Part shown: piece by piece, positions 8,835 through 16,487 of the stretch
Layout: each line of letters starts with the position of its first letter
Numbering within the stretch: position 1 is the stretch's first letter
Source: Candidatus Levyibacteriota bacterium
GTDB taxonomy: Bacteria; Patescibacteriota; Microgenomatia; Levybacterales; UBA12049
Assembly (NCBI GenBank): GCA_018061075.1
Contig: JAGOUW010000002.1
Coordinates: forward strand, 38,944 to 102,943
Length of the DNA stretch: 64,000 bases
Reading direction: 5' to 3'
Translations under genes and position numbers: made by a program
The notes under the pieces: generated by a model
The model's input: only the letters and a program-made list of their open reading frames with translations
Told to the model about the DNA's origin: nothing
Databases searched by the model: none

Positions 8835-9758
8835 ATGACAGAACCTAATTTCAAAGTTATCGAAGAAAAGCTTACAAACGACTACGGAGAGTTCGTAATT
8901 GAACCTTTGGAGCCGGGCTATGGCCATACCCTAGGAACAGCTATTAGACGTGTTCTTTTAATCTCTATTCCAGGAGTAGCTGTTACATCAGTAAAAATTA
9001 ACGGAGCAAAACACAGATTCTCTACAGTTCCGGGACTTAAGGAAAATGTTGTTGACCTTCTTCTAAATGTTAAAGGCCTAAACTTTAAGCTTTTAAATTC
9101 AAAAGACCAAAGCATAGTTAGGCTTTCTGTAAAAGGTCCAATGGAAATTACAGCAAAAAATCTAGAGTTACCAGAAGATGTAGAATTAGCAAACCCAGAC
9201 CATTATATTGGTACACTTGCTGATAAAAAAGCAAAGCTAGAGCTGGAAATGACAATTGAAAGAGGATATGGATATTCTCTATCAGAAGAAAGAAGAAGCA
9301 CATCTTTAGGAGTAATCCCAACTGATGCTATCTATTCCCCAGTTAAGAGAGTAAATTTCTCTGTTAGCGCAACTCGTGTTGGAAGACAAACAAACTTAGA
9401 TAAATTAAATCTAAGTATTTGGACAAACGGAGTTGTTTCACCAAAAGAGGCACTTGATCAAGCTGCAAGAACTCTAAATTCATATTTCCATCAAATATAT
9501 GAACCAAAAGCTGCAGATCATGTTGAATCAGATTCAGTTAGATCTGATATTCCAGACGCAACACTTAAATTAACAATTGATGAGTTAGATCTTCCAACTA
9601 GAATTTATAACTCACTTAGAAATGGTGGAATTGAAACAATTGGTCAATTAGTTGAAGCACCAAGAAAAGACCTCATCTCTATGCGAAACATGGGAGGAAA
9701 GTCTATTTCTATAATTGAAGAAAAGTTAAGAGAAAAGGGAATAGAGCTCTCAGCCTAA
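8835..9758 (+). CDS. rpoA: DNA-directed RNA polymerase subunit alpha
   Basis: 307-aa ORF with N-terminal assembly domain (GHTLGTAIRRVLLISIPG) and C-terminal domain (LDLPTRIYNSLRNGGIETIGQL). Position after rpsD. Confidence 0.95.
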   Translation: MTEPNFKVIEEKLTNDYGEFVIEPLEPGYGHTLGTAIRRVLLISIPGVAVTSVKINGAKHRFSTVPGLKENVVDLLLNVKGLNFKLLNSKDQSIVRLSVKGPMEITAKNLELPEDVELANPDHYIGTLADKKAKLELEMTIERGYGYSLSEERRSTSLGVIPTDAIYSPVKRVNFSVSATRVGRQTNLDKLNLSIWTNGVVSPKEALDQAARTLNSYFHQIYEPKAADHVESDSVRSDIPDATLKLTIDELDLPTRIYNSLRNGGIETIGQLVEAPRKDLISMRNMGGKSISIIEEKLREKGIELSA

Positions 9759-9845
9759 TTTAGTTAAAGTTTGATGGGCGTTTAATTGTGCCCCGCCTGC
9801 AACGCATGCACATAGGTATTGCGGGCAGGCATTTATTGTATATAA

Positions 9846-10340
9846 ATGAGAAAACAAGTTTTTGGACGAAAATTTAAAAGAGATAAAAATGAGAGAAAGG
9901 CATTATTTAATGGCCTGATTTCTGCTATGATTCTACACGGAAAAATTACTACAACAGAAGAAAAAGCAAAGTCTATTAAGGGAGATGTAGAAAAAATCGT
10001 AACAAAAGCAAAGAAAGATGAAGCAACAGCAAGAAGACTCCTTAAGGGAATAATTAAAGATCAAGAATTAATAGATAAAATGATAAATGAGATTGGACCT
10101 AGATTTAAAAATAGAGCTGGGGGATACACAAGAGTCATAAAAACAGGTAGAAGATTTTCAGATAACGCATCAATGGCTATAATGGAATGGGTTGAGGGCG
10201 AAGAAGTCGTATTGGTTTCAAAGCCTGAGAAGAAAGAAGTTAAGAAAATTGCTGCACCTAAAAAAGAAGTAAAAAAGCCAGCAGCTAAAAAGGTTGTTAA
10301 AAAAGCAGCAAAAAAGGAGACCCCTTCAAAGGGTAAATAA
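9846..10340 (+). CDS. rplQ: 50S ribosomal protein L17 (bL17) with Lys/Ala/Pro-rich C-terminal tail
   Basis: FGRKFKRDKNERKALFNGLISAMILHGKITTTEEKAK and GGYTRVIKTGRRFSDNA motifs, plus a roughly 40-aa KKEVKKPAAKK-type extension. Confidence 0.92.
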   Translation: MRKQVFGRKFKRDKNERKALFNGLISAMILHGKITTTEEKAKSIKGDVEKIVTKAKKDEATARRLLKGIIKDQELIDKMINEIGPRFKNRAGGYTRVIKTGRRFSDNASMAIMEWVEGEEVVLVSKPEKKEVKKIAAPKKEVKKPAAKKVVKKAAKKETPSKGK

Positions 10341-10343
10341 ATA

Positions 10344-10763
10344 ATGAAAGCAACAAAAGCTAACGAAATAAAAAGAGAATGGCATTTAATCGATGTTGAT
10401 GGAAAGACTTTAGGAAGAGTTTCTACGGAGATCGCAGGTCTTCTTATGGGAAAAGGGAAATCATATTTTGTTAGAAACTTAGATTGTGGAGACTTTGTAG
10501 TTGTTACTAATTCAAAAAAAGTTAAAGTAACAGGAAACAAGGAAAGTAAAAAATTATACAGACGTCACTCAGGATATCCAGGAGGATATAAAGAAGAAGT
10601 TTTAGGAGATTTAAGACAGAGAAGGTCACAAGATATAATTGTGCATGCAGTAAAGGGAATGCTTCCACAAAATAAATTAAGAGATCAAATGCTTGGAAGA
10701 TTAAAGGTTTACGAAGCAGAGACACATGAGTATAATGAAAAATTCAAAGGAGCAACAGCTTAA
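10344..10763 (+). CDS. rplM: 50S ribosomal protein L13 (uL13)
   Basis: REWHLIDVDGKTLGRVSTEIAGLLMGKGK and YRRHSGYPGG motifs. Confidence 0.93.
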   Translation: MKATKANEIKREWHLIDVDGKTLGRVSTEIAGLLMGKGKSYFVRNLDCGDFVVVTNSKKVKVTGNKESKKLYRRHSGYPGGYKEEVLGDLRQRRSQDIIVHAVKGMLPQNKLRDQMLGRLKVYEAETHEYNEKFKGATA

Positions 10764-10764
10764 T

Positions 10765-11238
10765 ATGGCAGAAGAATTAAAAACAACAGTTGGAGGAACA
10801 AAGAAATATAAAGACTTTATGTTTGCGGTTGGACGTCGTCGTGCAGCAGTTGCTAGAGTTAGGATTTATTCTAAGGTTCCAGATTCTCTAAAATTTGAAG
10901 AGATTGCAGTTAAAAAAGGAGACTTAGTAGTAAATGGAAGAATTATTTCAGAATATTTTGGTGGAGCTGTAGCAAAATCTAAATACGAGGCACCTTTAAA
11001 AACAGCAGATGCTTTAAATAAATATGCTGTAACTGCAAAAGTAGCAGGCGGAGGAACAACATCTCAGCTAGGAGCTTTTGTTTTAGGAGTATCTCGTGCG
11101 CTAGCTGCAATGGATGAAGGAGTTAAGCCAGCATTAAGAAAAAGTGGATTATTAACAAGAGATCCAAGAGTTAGAGAACGAAGAAAAGTTGGAACAGGTG
11201 GAAAAGCAAGAAGAACAAAGCAGTCTCCAAAACGTTAA
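10765..11238 (+). CDS. rpsI: 30S ribosomal protein S9 (uS9)
   Basis: GRRRAAVARVRI and C-terminal LTRDPRVRERRKVGTGGKARRTKQSPKR. Start placed at ATG 10765, 1 nt after the rplM stop (the tracked ORF start at 10726 overlaps rplM). Confidence 0.93.
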   Translation: MAEELKTTVGGTKKYKDFMFAVGRRRAAVARVRIYSKVPDSLKFEEIAVKKGDLVVNGRIISEYFGGAVAKSKYEAPLKTADALNKYAVTAKVAGGGTTSQLGAFVLGVSRALAAMDEGVKPALRKSGLLTRDPRVRERRKVGTGGKARRTKQSPKR

Positions 11239-11774
11239 ATTTTATTTTCCTCAATCATTACTTTTACCCAAGGTGCAAGGTTTTTATATATTCGAGATTT
11301 TTTATCAGTTAATTCCTTTTTACTCACGAGTAGCGAGTCATAAGAAAAATCTAAATTTGGTTCTGGTTTGCTTTCAGCTTCAGCTGTGATTACATCGCAA
11401 AGTTCATGTTCTGTAAATTCACTATTTTTGTCTTTTGCCTTGTAATAAATTGGTCCCAGGTTTTTTAAATTTTTTAAATATTTTTTATTTAAATTCCATT
11501 CTCTTTCTAAGCATTTAATCGTAGCTTCCTCTGTGGTTTGTAATTTTCCATTAATAAATAATTGATGTGATGAAGAAGTGACATCATAAACTTTATCAAA
11601 TGCTACATGTTTTCTGTGTTGAACAATAAATTTTCCATTGAAGATTAGTGCTACAGTTAGAGCTTTATGTAGAATTCCTTTTTTGTGTGCTTCCCATTTT
11701 TCAATTTCCCCAAGAATATTTCCATCTTTATCAATACTCGCAATAAATTGTTTTTCTTTATAATAATCTAGCAC
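11235..11774 (-). CDS. Nudix-fold protein resembling type-1 isopentenyl-diphosphate isomerase
   Basis: The string EKWEAHKKGILHKALTVALIFNGKFIVQHRK...DVTSSSHQ...EHELCDVITAE...LAPWV aligns by eye with E. coli Idi (LHLAFSSWLFN...TNSVCGHP...ENEVCPVF...SPW). It appears co-transcribed with uppS. The Cys of the Idi SVCGHP motif is Ser here. Confidence 0.5.
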   Translation of the reverse strand: MLDYYKEKQFIASIDKDGNILGEIEKWEAHKKGILHKALTVALIFNGKFIVQHRKHVAFDKVYDVTSSSHQLFINGKLQTTEEATIKCLEREWNLNKKYLKNLKNLGPIYYKAKDKNSEFTEHELCDVITAEAESKPEPNLDFSYDSLLVSKKELTDKKSRIYKNLAPWVKVMIEENKI

Positions 11775-12520
11775 TATTTACCCTCATTTCTTTTTGTTTG
11801 AGCATAATAGCTAATTGCTTCCACTAAATCTTCTTCAGTAACTTCTGGGAATAATTTATCTTCAGAGAAAAATAAAACAGAATGTTTTCCATTCAGAAAG
11901 CCTATGTCTGAAGTTCTTCTTTCAGATGTCCTAAAAATTAAATCAGCAGATCTGATTAAGCCTTCCGTATCTCTTAATTTCCAAATACTTTCCTCGTTTA
12001 TGTCAAAGTTTGCCTCCTTTGCTTTAGTCGCTGTTCGTACGTTTTGGTCTTCTCCTCCAAAGTCTAATGCAAGACAGACAATTTGTCCTTTATTGTCTTT
12101 TGTTTCCTCTTCTGCTTTTTCAATTTTTTCAAGTAAATTTTTTGGGAGTCTATCGCGGCGTCCCAGGTGCACAAATCTTGAGTTATATTCTTTGATTTCG
12201 TCTAAGTAATTATCGATTATAAAACCGAAAATCCTCATGAGGTTTTTTATTTCTGTTTCGTCTCTTTTCCAATTGTCAGAAGAAAATCCCCAAAGCGTAA
12301 CTACTTTTATAGGGAAAGGTCTAAAAAATCTAAGTAGATTAATAGCTACCTTAAATCCTTTTTCATGTCCCCAAAATGAGGGTCTATTATTTTTTTTAGC
12401 AAACCTTCTATTTCCATCAGGGATTATAAAGATATGTTTTGGAAAATTTTCCGGGAGAATTTTTCCAAGTGTGGGAAATTCTCCTATAGCCTTTTCTTTT
12501 TTTTCTGAAAGATCATTCAT
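11774..12520 (-). CDS. uppS: Undecaprenyl (cis-prenyl) diphosphate synthase
   Basis: HIFIIPDGNRRFAKK (the DGNRR/W motif), TLWGFSSDNWKR and FRTSERRTSD motifs typical of cis-prenyltransferases. Confidence 0.9.
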   Translation of the reverse strand: MNDLSEKKEKAIGEFPTLGKILPENFPKHIFIIPDGNRRFAKKNNRPSFWGHEKGFKVAINLLRFFRPFPIKVVTLWGFSSDNWKRDETEIKNLMRIFGFIIDNYLDEIKEYNSRFVHLGRRDRLPKNLLEKIEKAEEETKDNKGQIVCLALDFGGEDQNVRTATKAKEANFDINEESIWKLRDTEGLIRSADLIFRTSERRTSDIGFLNGKHSVLFFSEDKLFPEVTEEDLVEAISYYAQTKRNEGK

Positions 12521-12600
12521 TAAGGGTTAATTATAATTGAATTGAGGCTAAAGAACAAATTAATTTTACATTCTAAATTATATTCCATTACAATTAAATT

Positions 12601-14520
12601 ATGTCTGAGCCTGTGAATCCAATCGTTGAACAAGGTGTATCTGTTGATCAAGCCCCGGCGCCTGCACAGACAACTCCCCTTAAAAATCCAAATGCAGGAT
12701 TTCTTCGCACAATTAAAGTGGATGAGCCAGGAAGAATGTTAAGGGATATAGCAGATGCAGCGCCTACAGAGGCGGATGGAAGGTCCCCAGGGGTTTCAGT
12801 AGATATCGGCAATGGAATGCTTGGCCTAGAGCTTGCAGAGCCAGATCAGTCATTTAATTTGGGAAATATTTTTAGTTCTGATGCTTCAAATTTGGGGAAT
12901 GATAGATTCACTGGTGTATACATAGAAACTAAATCGGGGAATAGATATTTTATTGGCGGAGATTATATGAGGGGTCGCGTGGTTAATGCTTCCCAGAGTA
13001 GGGCATTGGGAAAACCTCATGCGATTGAATATAACGGAGAAACTCTTGCAAGAAGTAAAATCATAATCGGTAAGCCTTTAACTTATGGAATTGGATCTCA
13101 ATACACTGGAACCACTTCGGATGTTGTAAGGGCGACATTTATAAATGGCGGAAGAGTTTATGACCAGCAATATCTAGATGGATTAACTGGGGGTAAAAAG
13201 AGCGCAGCTGTAGAAGAGTTTGCAAGGGATTCTCAGCCTGACAAAGAGAGTTTGCAGGCGAAAACTGAAGCAGCTAGTCAACCAGAAGTAAATTTAGAGT
13301 CGATAAAAAGGCCTTTAACTGTTGAGGATGTAATAGAATTCCAAAGGCAATTTAGGAACTTTGATCAGGCGAGCAGAGCAGCAGGAAAAGCCTACCTGCT
13401 TAATGAAAATCAATATTATGAGTTTCTTAGCACTGGGGCATTTTATGGAGTTGAGAAGCCCGCAGGGCAAGAAGTAGACCTATTAACAGCAGAGGGAAAA
13501 CAGGCATACGATTCTCTACTTTTATCAACTTTTAAAAACTGGAGAGCGGCTCTTATCGCTGATCAAGCTAGGATCAGTAAGAAGCGCCCTGAGCTTACAA
13601 AACAGCTAGGTGATTTTAGAACGATTCCTGATCCACAAACTGCAGCAGAAGTTAGACAATTATATATAAATAATCCTGCATTAAATGAATTATCAGCGGC
13701 ACAATACCAGGATGGTCTTTCAGGTCAATTTGTTGAAAATAATTTTTTACATTTTCAGGGCCATAGAGCTAGTGGTTATCAGTATGAAAGGCCAAATACA
13801 GAGACTCGTGTTTATCTGAATCCGCCGGTGAATGAGGCTCCTAAGTTAGCTGCAGAATTTGTCAGAATTGCTACGGAAAGAGGTATTCCTTATTATTTCA
13901 AATTAATTGATTTTTCTTTACAGAAGCCATCACCCCAAGATTATCAAAGAGTAGATAAGATGCTTTTTTATTCAGATAAAGCAAATGCTGCCAAAATAGT
14001 AGGTGTTTTAGCCGAGATAAGATCTCAACATCCTGATTGGTTTGGTGGTCGATCTCTCCCTCCAATGGTAGCTAGGGTGATGGATGGAGTCGGAGTTGCC
14101 GAGGAGCCATCTCCATTTCAAAATCAAAAATTCAAAGTTCCAGGACACGAAAACACTTCATTCAATAGAGTTAGGGCAGCATATTTTGATAGACTATGGC
14201 CTGAGGTTATGAGAGAGGTTCTTATAAGAAATCCTGATATAAGACCACGCGGTGGCAGAACAATGAGAGAGATTTTTACAGATTTTGTTCCTGCTGAAAG
14301 TAGAGATCTGGTTGATAATTTATGGGCTAAAGGATTGAAAGCTGATGCAGATGACAGGCCGGCAAGGATGGCTTTAGATTATGCATTGAAGTATTCAGTT
14401 CAAGACGTGCTACCTGATATTAAGCCTGAATCACTATTGCCGTGGGTGCAAATGGTTTCTAGGAAGATTTCTCCAGATTTCGGAATTGATCCAAACAATA
14501 TTGCTGGTAACTCTAATTAA
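12601..14520 (+). CDS. Hypothetical protein, 639 aa, no recognisable family
   Basis: Long uninterrupted ORF with its own upstream region. No TM segment or signal peptide. Pro/Ala-rich N-terminus. Composition is richer in Arg, Gly, Pro and Ala than neighbouring proteins. See findings. Confidence 0.8.
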   Translation: MSEPVNPIVEQGVSVDQAPAPAQTTPLKNPNAGFLRTIKVDEPGRMLRDIADAAPTEADGRSPGVSVDIGNGMLGLELAEPDQSFNLGNIFSSDASNLGNDRFTGVYIETKSGNRYFIGGDYMRGRVVNASQSRALGKPHAIEYNGETLARSKIIIGKPLTYGIGSQYTGTTSDVVRATFINGGRVYDQQYLDGLTGGKKSAAVEEFARDSQPDKESLQAKTEAASQPEVNLESIKRPLTVEDVIEFQRQFRNFDQASRAAGKAYLLNENQYYEFLSTGAFYGVEKPAGQEVDLLTAEGKQAYDSLLLSTFKNWRAALIADQARISKKRPELTKQLGDFRTIPDPQTAAEVRQLYINNPALNELSAAQYQDGLSGQFVENNFLHFQGHRASGYQYERPNTETRVYLNPPVNEAPKLAAEFVRIATERGIPYYFKLIDFSLQKPSPQDYQRVDKMLFYSDKANAAKIVGVLAEIRSQHPDWFGGRSLPPMVARVMDGVGVAEEPSPFQNQKFKVPGHENTSFNRVRAAYFDRLWPEVMREVLIRNPDIRPRGGRTMREIFTDFVPAESRDLVDNLWAKGLKADADDRPARMALDYALKYSVQDVLPDIKPESLLPWVQMVSRKISPDFGIDPNNIAGNSN

Positions 14521-14522
14521 TG

Positions 14523-14593
14523 TCGGGGTGCCGAGAATCGAACTTGGACCACACGGCCCCCAGCCGCGCATTCTACCACTAAACTACACCCCG
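14523..14593 (-). tRNA. tRNA-Pro (anticodon GGG)
   Basis: Reverse complement folds as CGGGGTG-TA-GTTT-AGTGGTA-GAAT-G-CGCGG-CTGGGGG-CCGTG-TGGT-CCAAG-TTCGATT-CTCGG-CACCCCG-A. This gives a 7-bp acceptor stem, T-loop TTCGATT and anticodon loop CU-GGG-GG. There is one A:C mismatch in the T stem and G:U pairs in the D stem. CCA is not encoded. Confidence 0.8.
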
Positions 14594-14642
14594 GAAATGG
14601 GACAAACCTCGCGGTTTTTCCCAACGATTTCCCTATAAAGAT

Positions 14643-14677
14643 CGCGAAATCGCAACTCTTAACTCACCGATTTCGCG
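14643..14677. repeat. Perfect 10-bp inverted repeat CGCGAAATCG-N15-CGATTTCGCG
   Basis: Arms at 14643-14652 and 14668-14677 are exact reverse complements. The repeat lies in the intergenic region between tRNA-Pro (minus strand) and recA (plus strand). Confidence 0.6.
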
Positions 14678-14746
14678 TTTACGATTCCTGAAAAATAACT
14701 TCTATATTTTAGCATAGTTTGAGCTATAAAATACCAAAAAAGGTTC

Positions 14747-14775
14747 TTGTATTTTATAGAAATTCACTTTACAAT
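14747..14775 (+). promoter_or_regulatory. Putative recA promoter TTGTAT-17-TACAAT
   Basis: Hexamers at 14747-52 and 14770-75 with a 17-nt spacer, just upstream of the recA ORF. Confidence 0.35.
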
Positions 14776-14822
14776 CATTGACAATGGGCAGGACTCCTAA
14801 AACTTCACTTAATAATGGTCAA

Positions 14823-15887
14823 ATGTCAGAAAAGTCTTCTAAGTTAGATGCAGTGCGTCTTGCGATGGAGCAAATCGAAAAGCAGTATGGTCGGGGCTCT
14901 ATTATGCGCATGGGGGAAAGCGCAAACCAGAGATTTGATATACAGGTCATTCCTACAGGAATACTTCCAGTTGATATAGCTTTAGGTGTTGGAGGACTGC
15001 CAAGAGGCAGAATCATAGAAATATATGGACCAGAAGCCTCTGGAAAAACTACACTCGCTCTCTCGCTTATCGCAGAAGCTCAAAAAGCAGGAGGAGTTGC
15101 GGCATTTGTTGATGCAGAACATGCGCTGGATCCTATTTGGGCACAAACTGTTGGGGTAAAGCTTGATGATTTATTAATTTCCCAACCAGACACTGGAGAG
15201 CAGGCTCTAGAAATTGCAGAAAGCTTGATTCGCTCTGGTGGAATTGATGTTTTAGTAATTGATTCTGTAGCGGCACTTGTGCCGCGAGCTGAAATTGAAG
15301 GAGAGATGGGAGATTCAATGATGGGTCTTCATGCTCGTCTTATGTCTCAAGCTTTAAGAAAATTAACGGGTGCGATTTCTAAGTCTAAAACTGTAGTTGT
15401 TTTTACTAACCAGCTTAGACAAAAGATCGGGGTAATGTTTGGAAATCCGGAGACTACCACTGGAGGTTTAGCTCTTAAATTTTATGCATCAGTTCGTCTG
15501 GATTCCCGTAAGATTGAAACATTAAAAGATGGGGATAGGGTTATCGGCTCTAGACACCGTGTAAAAATTGTAAAAAATAAAGTTTCTTCGCCTTTTAGAA
15601 TTGCAGAATATGATGTGATGCAGGACGGAATTTCAAGGACTGGAGCATTAATCGATGTAGGACTTGAGTTAGGAATTATCTCTAAGTCTGGAGCATTTTA
15701 TAGGCACGGAGAAGAAATGTTAGGTCAAGGAAAAGAAGCAGCTAAGGAATATCTTAAAGAAAATTCTGCGCTTGCGAATAAAATAACTGATCAAATTATG
15801 AAGAAAAATAAATCCGATGGAACCCCTGTAGAAGTCGGAGTTGAGGATAATAAAGATTCTGAAAATGAAGAATCTTTAAATGGATAA
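14823..15887 (+). CDS. recA: Recombinase RecA
   Basis: [20 protein letters not shown], Walker [13 protein letters not shown], and L1/L2 loop regions. Start set at ATG 14823, which gives a canonical RecA N-terminus. In-frame alternatives are ATG 14784 and TTG 14778. Confidence 0.93.
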   Translation: MSEKSSKLDAVRLAMEQIEKQYGRGSIMRMGESANQRFDIQVIPTGILPVDIALGVGGLPRGRIIEIYGPEASGKTTLALSLIAEAQKAGGVAAFVDAEHALDPIWAQTVGVKLDDLLISQPDTGEQALEIAESLIRSGGIDVLVIDSVAALVPRAEIEGEMGDSMMGLHARLMSQALRKLTGAISKSKTVVVFTNQLRQKIGVMFGNPETTTGGLALKFYASVRLDSRKIETLKDGDRVIGSRHRVKIVKNKVSSPFRIAEYDVMQDGISRTGALIDVGLELGIISKSGAFYRHGEEMLGQGKEAAKEYLKENSALANKITDQIMKKNKSDGTPVEVGVEDNKDSENEESLNG

Positions 15888-16353
15888 CTCCCAAGTTTTT
15901 GCCCGCTACTATAATTTAGTTCTAAGATATCTTTCTTATCGTCCTAGAAGTGAAAAAGAAGTTCTAGATTATCTTAAAAAGAAACAGGAAAAAGCCCCAA
16001 GCTTAAATGATACCGTAGTTAAGCAAATTTTTGAAAAGCTCCGGGAATATAAATTTATTAATGACTCTGAGTTTGCTAAGTTTTGGCTTGAGCAAAGAAC
16101 TAAATTTAAAAAAAAACCAATTAGAGTAATTGAATATGAATTAAGTCAAAAAGGAATTAGCAGAGACATTGTTGAGGAAATTTTAACAGGGTTTGATGTT
16201 AAAGACTTGGATTTAGAGAATGCGAAAAAGCTTGCTTCAAAAAAATTAGATTTTTATAGAAATTTAGATCCTAAGAAGAGGCGCGAAAAAGTGACAGGAT
16301 TTTTACTCAGGCGAGGTTTTAATTACGATACAGTTAAAAAAATCATGGACTAG
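15880..16353 (+). CDS. recX: Regulatory protein RecX
   Basis: 157-aa helical-repeat protein ([16 protein letters not shown]-type N-terminus) overlapping the recA stop by 8 nt. This is the classic recA-recX arrangement. Confidence 0.85.
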   Translation: MDNSQVFARYYNLVLRYLSYRPRSEKEVLDYLKKKQEKAPSLNDTVVKQIFEKLREYKFINDSEFAKFWLEQRTKFKKKPIRVIEYELSQKGISRDIVEEILTGFDVKDLDLENAKKLASKKLDFYRNLDPKKRREKVTGFLLRRGFNYDTVKKIMD

Positions 16354-16487
16354 TTTTGATTTTTAGGACGAATAGTAATATAATACGCTTAGACAAGAAG
16401 AAATTGTCAAAAGAGGATTATGAAAATTAATTTATACCTCAATTTGATCACAGCGTAAGCTTCACCCGATTAATTCGGGATTTCTTC

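Noticed and set aside
9795-9830. GC-rich segment between rpoA and rplQ (GCCTGC-N24-GCAGGC, with an internal GCATGC). I considered it as a terminator or attenuator.
   Set aside because: The stem is only 6 bp with a 24-nt loop. Alternative pairings need bulges, and no proper T-run follows. It may be a weak processing or pausing hairpin, but I cannot support a call.
11189-11389. 66-aa plus-strand ORF running from the rpsI 3' end into the idi-like gene. Also the 78-aa ORF at 38984-39220 bridging secA and pilB.
   Set aside because: Both are out of frame with, or antisense to, genes with strong motif support. Neither has a ribosome-binding site.
12601-14593. A genomic island or integrated mobile element at tRNA-Pro, suggested by the higher-GC orphan gene next to a tRNA.
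   Set aside because: I found no integrase, transposase or phage gene, and no direct repeat of the tRNA 3' end anywhere in the window. The segment holds a single gene. The compositional oddity is reported as a finding, but a mobile-element call is unsupported.
14604-14620. AAACC-TCGC-GGTTT-TT hairpin after the tRNA, considered as the terminator of the 639-aa gene.
   Set aside because: The stem is 5 bp and AT-rich, making it only marginally stable. It lies beyond the convergent tRNA. This is not enough for a terminator call.
16420-16458. 12-codon mini-ORF MKINLYLNLITA* upstream of rny, considered as an independent small gene.
   Set aside because: The GAGG sits only 3 nt from the ATG, which is too close for a functional SD. 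It is mentioned only in the context of the missing RNase Y membrane anchor.
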